This document shows, in pieces, positions 18,840 to 25,016 of a DNA stretch of 64,000 nucleotides. A program made the translations under genes and the position numbers. The notes beneath the pieces were generated by a model. It saw nothing but the letters and a program-made list of their open reading frames with translations, ran no database searches and had not been told where the DNA came from. How positions within the stretch are numbered: position 1 is the first letter of the stretch; each line of letters opens with the position of its first letter. The stretch is from NCBI GenBank assembly GCA_016715945.1, contig JADJXJ010000001.1:1599367-1663366 (forward strand), written 5' to 3'. The stretch is from Bacteroidota bacterium (lineage in GTDB: Bacteria; Bacteroidota; Bacteroidia; Bacteroidales; F082).

Positions 18840-18847
18840 TACCTTTG
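18840..18847 (+). promoter_or_regulatory. candidate -7 box TACCTTTG for the epimerase/GT-C operon
   Basis: Matches TAnnTTTG. Lies 25 nt upstream of ATG 18872. Same octamer as the divergent promoter candidate. Confidence 0.45.
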
Positions 18848-18871
18848 CCCACAGTAAACAAGTCAATCCGA

Positions 18872-19897
18872 ATGCCACATATCCTGCTCACCGGCATGGC
18901 GGGTTTTATTGGCTTTCATCTGGCAAAACGTCTTGCAGATGAAGGCTTTGCCATCACCGGTATCGACAACCTCAATGCGTATTACGATCCTCGGCTGAAA
19001 GCGGGTCGCCTTGCCGAACTGGGATTTGACCATCAGGTATTTGATGAAGAAACAGCATACACTTCCGGACTTTTCCCGCACATGCGTTTCATCAAAGCCG
19101 ATCTGAGCAACATAACATTCCTGGACCGGACTTTTGCCGAATCGCAATTCGACCTTGTGATTCATCTGGCCGCACAACCAGGCATCCGGGCCAGCATCAG
19201 CAAGCCTTATGCTTACCTGAAAGATAACCTCGAAGTTTTTTTGAACATCCTTGAAGCATGCCGCAACCATCCGGTCAGACATTTGATTTATGCGAGCAGC
19301 TCAAGTGTTTACGGATCGAACAGCAAGCTGCCCAATGCCGAAAGCGACAAAGTGGATCACCCTGTGAGCCTGTATGCTGCCACCAAGCGGGCCAACGAAC
19401 TCATGGCGCACGCCTACAGTCATCTATACGGCATCCCCACATCCGGACTGCGTTTCTTCACGGTTTACGGCCCCTGGGGCAGACCCGACATGGCCTATTA
19501 CCGATTTGCCAGCGCAATAACTGCAGGCGAGACCATCGAAGTGTACAACAATGGTCAACTTGAACGCGACTTCACCTATGTGGACGACATCACCGAGAGT
19601 TTGTGCAGGCTAATCGGCCATCCGCCCGTTCAAAATCCTCCGGCTGCCATCTATAACATCGGCAAAGGCTCGCCTGTGCCGCTGCTGAAGTTCATCGCCC
19701 TGCTCGAAAAACACCTTGGTAGAACTGCCCGGAAAGTATTGCTGCCCATGCAGCAAGGCGATGTGTACTCGACACACGCCGATTGCACAAAACTTGAAAC
19801 AATGGTTGGTATTGTACCCGAAACGCCGCTCGACCAGGGACTTAAAGCATTTGTGGATTGGTTCTGTCAATATTATGCAGTAGTCGAAACCAGATGA
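18872..19897 (+). CDS. NAD-dependent nucleotide-sugar epimerase, UDP-glucuronate 4-epimerase-like (LpsL/Cap1J type)
   Basis: MPHILLTGMAGFIGFHLAKRL (GxxGxxG) ...IDNLNAYYDPRLK...YAATKRANE (YxxxK). The track start 18845 is a TTG; ATG 18872 is preferred. Confidence 0.8.
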   Translation: MPHILLTGMAGFIGFHLAKRLADEGFAITGIDNLNAYYDPRLKAGRLAELGFDHQVFDEETAYTSGLFPHMRFIKADLSNITFLDRTFAESQFDLVIHLAAQPGIRASISKPYAYLKDNLEVFLNILEACRNHPVRHLIYASSSSVYGSNSKLPNAESDKVDHPVSLYAATKRANELMAHAYSHLYGIPTSGLRFFTVYGPWGRPDMAYYRFASAITAGETIEVYNNGQLERDFTYVDDITESLCRLIGHPPVQNPPAAIYNIGKGSPVPLLKFIALLEKHLGRTARKVLLPMQQGDVYSTHADCTKLETMVGIVPETPLDQGLKAFVDWFCQYYAVVETR

Positions 19898-21546
19898 CAG
19901 CCATGATAACTGGAGCTTTGCGTGGTATGCACCCCCGGAAAGCATTGCTTTGGCTTATTGTACTGCTGGCTGTTCCGGCCTTTTTCATGTATCTTGGTTT
20001 GCAGCCGTTTATTCCGGACGAGGCTATCCGGGCGCTTGTCGCACAGGAGATGATCCACAGCGGCGATTACCTCACCCCCACCCTGGGCGGCGATATCTAT
20101 CTGAAAAAGCCTCCGCTCTACAACTGGATCATCGCGCTGGCCTTTCAGCTCACAGGCAAGCAGAACGAGTTTGTGATGCGCCTGCCCATGCTGGTTTTTC
20201 TTTTCCTCTTCACATGCTCCATCTACAAACTGCTCGCCGGCGAGCGTGGACACAAACAAGCCCTGCTGGTCGCCCTGCTCTTCATGACCAACGGCAGAAT
20301 TCTGTTTTATGAATCGCTTCATGGGCTGATCGATATTGCTTTTTCGTGGCTGGTTTACCTGTTTTTTATCCTGAGCTACAAGCTGATGCGCCGCGGTAAG
20401 TACCTGGAGATGTATTTGATCAGCTACGCACTCATGGCCATAGCCTACCTGATGAAAGGCCTGCCCAGCCTGGTGTTTGTCGCAATTACGCTGCTTGTGC
20501 TCCACGGCCTTTTTGGCAGGTTTAAATTGCTTTTCAGCTGGAAACACCTGTCAGGCGTGGCATTGATGGGTTTGATCCTGGGCAGCTACTACCTGGTTTA
20601 TTTTTCCCGCAATCCGGTGGAGCCATCGGAGGTGTTCAAGGTCCTTCTGGGCGAAACCACACGCCGCACCGTCCTGCGTTTCGGCTGGCTGGCCACAGTG
20701 AAAAACCTGTTCGTCTTCCCCTTCAACATGACCTACCACTTCCTTCCGTGGAGCTTTCTGCTGGTGCTGATGTTTACCAAAGGTTCGCTTCAAACCATAA
20801 AAAATGACATCTTCCTGAAATACAACGCATTGATTATCATTTTCAATATCCTACCCTACTGGACTTCACCAGAGGTACATCCAAGATATATCCTGATGCT
20901 TGTGCCTCCGATGATGACCCTGCTTGTGGCGCGATATACCGAGCTGAAAGACCGGCATGCCCCTGTGGTACAATGGGTGGAATGGATGCTGGGTGGCGCA
21001 CTGATCATCATCACGCTCGCCTCATGGACACCCATGCTGGTAGAGCCAACCAAAGATTTTGCACACATCGGCCTGATATCGGCCACCCTCTTTACTGCCC
21101 TGGCTGCACTCACCATAGCCTATTTCCGCACACCCGCCTACAGGCTGATGCTGCTTGTTGCGGCCCTACTTGTGCTGCGCATCGGGTTGAACCTTACCGT
21201 TTTACCGGCAAGAGCCTTGCTTTCGAAAAGCTTCGAAAGCCGTGAGCTCGCCCGCCAGGTGGGCGAACTCACCAAGGGACATCCGCTGCATGTATGGTGG
21301 AATCCCGACAAACCGCTCGATCCTTACTACGGCCGCAAACGTACTGCATACGCTTTCATGTTTTACGCCAACGAGGTGCGCGGCGACCGCATGCTGTTCA
21401 GCTCCGAAAAAAAACCTGACGCCTACTACCTGGCTCGAAAATCGGACTTTTCGCCCCGCGAAGCCTTTGTGGTGAAACGCCTCAGTCCTGCCGAAGAAGC
21501 CAAAGACTTGTTCCTGATCAAATTCTTTCCCGAAGTGGCAAAGTGA
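19894..21546 (+). CDS. GT-C fold membrane glycosyltransferase (ArnT / GT83-GT39-like)
   Basis: About 12 TM helices. N-terminal loop is PDEAIRALVAQEMIHSGDYLTPTLGGDIYLKKPPLYNW. ATG 19894 forms an ATGA overlap with the epimerase stop codon. Confidence 0.8.
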   Translation: MTAMITGALRGMHPRKALLWLIVLLAVPAFFMYLGLQPFIPDEAIRALVAQEMIHSGDYLTPTLGGDIYLKKPPLYNWIIALAFQLTGKQNEFVMRLPMLVFLFLFTCSIYKLLAGERGHKQALLVALLFMTNGRILFYESLHGLIDIAFSWLVYLFFILSYKLMRRGKYLEMYLISYALMAIAYLMKGLPSLVFVAITLLVLHGLFGRFKLLFSWKHLSGVALMGLILGSYYLVYFSRNPVEPSEVFKVLLGETTRRTVLRFGWLATVKNLFVFPFNMTYHFLPWSFLLVLMFTKGSLQTIKNDIFLKYNALIIIFNILPYWTSPEVHPRYILMLVPPMMTLLVARYTELKDRHAPVVQWVEWMLGGALIIITLASWTPMLVEPTKDFAHIGLISATLFTALAALTIAYFRTPAYRLMLLVAALLVLRIGLNLTVLPARALLSKSFESRELARQVGELTKGHPLHVWWNPDKPLDPYYGRKRTAYAFMFYANEVRGDRMLFSSEKKPDAYYLARKSDFSPREAFVVKRLSPAEEAKDLFLIKFFPEVAK

Positions 21547-21853
21547 TGTAACATACAATTTTACCTCACGGCAAGGATCAATCCCCTCCAAATGCGACCA
21601 GCCTGTCCAACCAAAGCATAAACTGCTTCAAAAAAAATCAGGTATTACGATTTTGGCAGAAGGGTAAGTTTTTCAGGCACCAGAAGCGTAATTCAGCCTT
21701 TTAACGTGAATGGTCTCACGATGCAAACCCTGTTGAAAATTCCATGCCGGATTGTTGAAAAAATTCGATTTAAAGCATGTAACGTTTTTATCTTATTGTT
21801 TATCAGCGTTTTGTAACAACATGACGGCTTGAAGTAAGGATTTGCAGACCTGA

Positions 21854-22071
21854 TAAACCTTCGTGACAAGTCGGTAAAACCTCGTGACAAGTCGGTAAAA
21901 CCTCGTGACGGGTCGGTAAAACCTCGTGACAGGTCGGTAAAACCTCGTGACGAGTCGGTAAAACCTCGTGACGAGTCGGTAAAACCTCGTGACGAGTCGG
22001 TAAAACCTCGTGACGAGTCGGTAAAACCTCGTGACAGGGCGGTAAAACTTCGTGACAGGGCGGTAAAGCTT
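21854..22071. repeat. 21-bp tandem repeat, 10.4 copies: TAAAACCTCGTGAC-RRG-TCGG
   Basis: Units delimited by hand (21854, 21875, ... 22043, partial 22064). The 14-nt and 4-nt blocks are almost invariant. The intervening triplet reads AAG, AAG, GGG, AGG, GAGx4, AGG, AGG. Confidence 0.95.
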
Positions 22072-22183
22072 TATGGAGGCTCTGGTTTTGAGTGGGCAGG
22101 CGAGGAGATGTGCATGAGGCACGGCAATTAAGCAGTAGTTATGTTTTATTTTCGTAACCCTTCGGCCATGAGCGTGTTGCTTG

Positions 22184-22789
22184 TTATTTAGGATTTTTTA
22201 TCGGGAGTAGTTTGTACAGTTGGTTGGCCGGGTGGTCTGGAAGCACCTCGAGGGTATGGCTGAGCCAGCCAAAAGGTTCTACTTCATTGAGTTTGCATGT
22301 GGCTAACAAGGAATAAATCATGGCTGCGCGCTTTGCTCCCTCATGCGAGCCTGCAAACAGATAATTTTTTCGGCCAAAGGCTACAGGACGTATGGTGTTT
22401 TCAATCAGGTTGTTGTCCATTTGATATCGTCCGTCATCGAGGTATCTTATCAGTCTTGGCCAAAGGGTCAACATGTAAGTGATGGCCTGGCCAATGGCGC
22501 TTTTGGGCAAGACACAGGCATGTTGCTCACTGAGCCACCGATGCAACTGCTCAAGCACAGGTTGGGCCTGTTGTTGTCTGAGGATTTTTATCTCATCATG
22601 GTTCAGGTGATTCTCTTTTGCCATGCGCTCAATCTGGTATAGCTTGCCTATGAGCAACAGGGCAGTTTCAGCCCGTTGGCTGTCGTTATCCAATGCCTTT
22701 TCAAAATTGCGTCTGGCATGTGCCATGCAGGCAAGTTGCAAGATATGGCCTTTGAAAGCGAGCTTTGACTTTGACCGCTTTGCTTCCAC
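22184..22789 (-). pseudogene. IS66-family transposase, C-terminal about 200 aa only
   Basis: CMAHARRNFEKAL...LYQIER...DNNLIENTIRPVAFGRKNYLFAGSHEGAKRAAMIYSLLATCKLNEVEPFGWL is the conserved IS66 TnpC C-terminus. The DDE core that should precede it is missing. Confidence 0.8.
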
Positions 22790-22836
22790 TGCTCAACCAA
22801 CAAAAACATTTTGGCTTTGCGCTCTTTACGAATCAC
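22648..22836 (-). pseudogene. fragment of IS66 accessory (TnpA-like HTH) ORF fused out of frame to the transposase remnant
   Basis: KMFLLVEQWKQSGQSQSSLSKA resembles the N-terminus of IS66-family accessory proteins. The ORF then runs into the transposase fragment in another frame. Confidence 0.45.
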
Positions 22837-23124
22837 ATCCCAAAAATTTTATACGCAAATATCTGCAAACCAACCCCGTCCTAAAAATATGTTTATGGCC
22901 GAAGGGTTACAGTTATTCAGAATAAAGTAAATAATAATAACAATAGCTTTAATATTTTGAAATGTTACTTTTAACAGGTATTCAACGATATTCATACTTG
23001 GTTGGATTTTGAGCTATAAATTTAAAAATGTTTTAATCAAAGAGAACATACATTTTTGAGCTTATTAAGTCTCACCAACATTCCCCCACCAGTCCGCTTT
23101 ATCCCTACCTTTGCAGTGCGAAAC

Positions 23125-24081
23125 ATGAAAGTATCCGACAACGAAATTCTGGCAGCTGCCGACATCATCCGCAAGGGCGGGCTGGTAGCTTTTCCGACCG
23201 AGACCGTATATGGCCTTGGCGCCAATGCATTGGATGCCAATGCAGTGGCCAGGATATTTGCGATCAAGGAACGGCCATCCTTCGATCCGCTTATTGTCCA
23301 TATCGCCTCGGTTGACACTGTTGCGCATCTTATGCTGGGTTTTGATGAAAGGGTGAACCTGCTGGCGCGCGCTTTCTGGCCTGGGCCGCTGACCATTGTG
23401 GTACCAAAAAACAACAGCATTCCGGATATCGTGACGGCAGGGCTGCCCAATGTTGGTCTCAGGATGCCTGCCAACGATGTCGCGCTCAGGCTCATCGAAG
23501 CTGCAGGCTGTCCGGTAGCCGCTCCCAGCGCCAACAAATTTGGTCAGCTCAGCCCTACACAGGCCGGGCATGTCCGCAAGGCTTTTCCCGCTTTGAAGCA
23601 TGTGCTCGACGGCGGGCCATGCAGGGTGGGGGTCGAATCAACGGTTGTTGCGCTCGATGCCCGGGGGTTCCTCATCCTGCGGCCGGGAGCCATCACCCGA
23701 GAGATGTTGCAAAAACATGTGCCTGCCTCACCTGCCACAGGGGTAAGTGTGCTGGAGGCGGCTTCGCCGGGCCATATGCCCTCGCATTACAGCCCGACCA
23801 AACCTCTCTTTATCGAAGGCATTCATCAGTTGCCGGCCGACACCTCCGGGGCGGCATATCTTTCGGCCGATGGAAGAATTCCGCAAGGCTATGCCCATGT
23901 CGAGATACTGTCGGCTAAAGGGAGCCTGAATGAGGTTGCTGTCAACCTTTTTGGCGCCTTGCACCGCATGGAAGAAGCTGAGGTTGAATTCATTGTAGCC
24001 CAGACTGTGGAACCGCGGGGTATCGGTCTGGCCATCATGGACAGGCTTCGGAAGGCGGCACACCGTTTCCACAAGGATTGA
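23125..24081 (+). CDS. tsaC: L-threonylcarbamoyladenylate synthase, long form (YrdC + Sua5 domains)
   Basis: 318 aa from ATG 23125: IIRKGGLVAFPTETVYGLGANAL...PSANKFGQLSPT, followed by a Sua5-type C-terminal domain. Confidence 0.9.
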   Translation: MKVSDNEILAAADIIRKGGLVAFPTETVYGLGANALDANAVARIFAIKERPSFDPLIVHIASVDTVAHLMLGFDERVNLLARAFWPGPLTIVVPKNNSIPDIVTAGLPNVGLRMPANDVALRLIEAAGCPVAAPSANKFGQLSPTQAGHVRKAFPALKHVLDGGPCRVGVESTVVALDARGFLILRPGAITREMLQKHVPASPATGVSVLEAASPGHMPSHYSPTKPLFIEGIHQLPADTSGAAYLSADGRIPQGYAHVEILSAKGSLNEVAVNLFGALHRMEEAEVEFIVAQTVEPRGIGLAIMDRLRKAAHRFHKD

Positions 24082-24158
24082 TCAATAAAGCCCACTTTCA
24101 CATCCTTTCTAAAACGTTTCTGTTAATGTTATTTTTTTCACATCTACTTCAGTTTTAA

Positions 24159-24182
24159 AGGTGGTTACCGCCTGATTTTTTG
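24159..24182 (+). terminator. weak candidate terminator after tsaC
   Basis: AGGTGG-TTA-CCGCCT (6 bp including one G-U, 3-nt loop) followed by GATTTTTT. Confidence 0.3.
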
Positions 24183-24183
24183 A

Positions 24184-24191
24184 TATTTTTG
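24184..24191 (+). promoter_or_regulatory. candidate -7 box TATTTTTG upstream of the small ACT-like gene
   Basis: Matches TAnnTTTG. Lies 44 nt upstream of ATG 24235. Confidence 0.35.
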
Positions 24192-24234
24192 GCACATAAA
24201 GATCAACAAGAGTTAATTTAATAACACCAAAGCC

Positions 24235-24501
24235 ATGACAAAGCACGTAATGATCATTTTGGTTGGCATGCGCAACGATGCTGCCGAGAAAGTGCAGAAG
24301 ATTCTGACAGGATGGGGATGTTTCATCAAGACCCGTCTCGGGCTGCATGAGGATGTGCTGGAAAATTGCACCCAGACCGGACTGATTTTCCTCGAACTGG
24401 TTGGCGAAAAAGAAAAACTTCAGGAGATGGAGCGCAAGCTCAACCTCATTCCATCGGTCGATGCCCAACTGATGACCCTGACCATTTCGGACAAAGATTA
24501 A
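24235..24501 (+). CDS. small (88 aa) ferredoxin-fold / ACT- or NikR-C-like protein, function unknown
   Basis: The pattern HVMIILVGMRNDAAEKVQKILTGWGCFIKTRLGL...GLIFLELVGEKEKLQEMERKLNLIPSVDAQLMTL fits a beta-alpha-beta-beta-alpha-beta fold. It recalls TM1266-type small regulators. A longer antisense ORF (24109-24579) looks like a shadow. Confidence 0.55.
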   Translation: MTKHVMIILVGMRNDAAEKVQKILTGWGCFIKTRLGLHEDVLENCTQTGLIFLELVGEKEKLQEMERKLNLIPSVDAQLMTLTISDKD

Positions 24502-24582
24502 GCCACAAAGTTCTTTGGTTGGGTGGTGCTTCAACCAAACAAACCGACGGTGAACCTTTAACTGGTTTGCGTGCAGCAATCC

Positions 24583-24868
24583 GCGCCAATCAGCCAGATC
24601 AGTGTCACCGTGTCCCGGCCTCAGACGGGATCAGCGTTCCCATGAGAATAGAACACAGATGACACAGATCGAACAGATGATCACAGATTAAAAACAGCGC
24701 CAATCAGCCAGATCAGTGTCACCGTGTCCCGGCCTCAGACGGGATCAGCGTTCCCATGAGAATAGAACACAGATGACACAGATCGAACAGATGATCACAG
24801 ATTAAAAACAGCGCCAATCAGCCAGATAAGTGTCACCGTGTCCCGGCCTTAGACGGGATCAGCGTTCC
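24583..24868. repeat. 114-bp tandem repeat, 2.5 copies, each with an internal 9-mer (NNCACAGAT)x4 sub-array
   Basis: Copies start at 24583, 24697 and 24811. Copies 1 and 2 are identical by eye. The partial copy 3 has 2 substitutions in 58 nt. Confidence 0.95.
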
Positions 24869-24892
24869 AAATTTAAGGAAGTCACACTCTCC

Positions 24893-24980
24893 CAGTCGCC
24901 CAGTCGCCCCCTCGCCCCCTCGCCCAGTCGCCCCGTCTCCCCCTCGCCCCGTCTCCCCCTCGCCCCCTCGCCCAGTCGCC
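24893..24980. repeat. 8-mer tandem array x11 (CAGTCGCC / CCCTCGCC / CCGTCTCC); G-tract-rich on the minus strand
   Basis: Parsed unit by unit as A A B B A C B C B B A. The reverse strand has 10 G-tracts of 3-5 G separated by 3-5 nt. Confidence 0.95.
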
Positions 24981-24997
24981 CTCTGCGAATCAATCCT

Positions 24998-25005
24998 TAT
25001 CTTTG
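24998..25005 (+). promoter_or_regulatory. candidate -7 box TATCTTTG upstream of purK
   Basis: Matches TAnnTTTG. Lies 12 nt upstream of ATG 25017 and 18 nt after the 8-mer array. Confidence 0.45.
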
Positions 25006-25016
25006 CCAAAAAAAGA

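Larger units (their letters stand above)
22154..22910 (-). mobile_element. internally deleted, non-autonomous IS66-family element (757 bp) with intact terminal inverted repeats
   Basis: GTAACCCTTCGGCCAT at 22154-22169 and its exact reverse complement at 22895-22910; IS66 ends typically start GTAA. The interior encodes only fragments of IS66 proteins. I could not recognise a clean 8-bp target duplication. Confidence 0.75.

Noticed and set aside
21793-22122. 109-aa minus-strand ORF through the 21-bp array (..TRFYRLVTRFYRPVT..), considered as a CDS
   Set aside because: The ORF exists only because 21 is a multiple of 3 and the unit lacks stop codons in that frame. It has an extreme basic/aromatic heptad composition, no promoter box that I could find, and it abuts an IS end. 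It is kept as a hypothesis in the findings but not annotated as a gene.
24583-24868. Possible CRISPR array
   Set aside because: The whole 114-bp unit is repeated head to tail with no unique spacers, and there are no cas genes in the window. This is a tandem duplication, not a CRISPR array.
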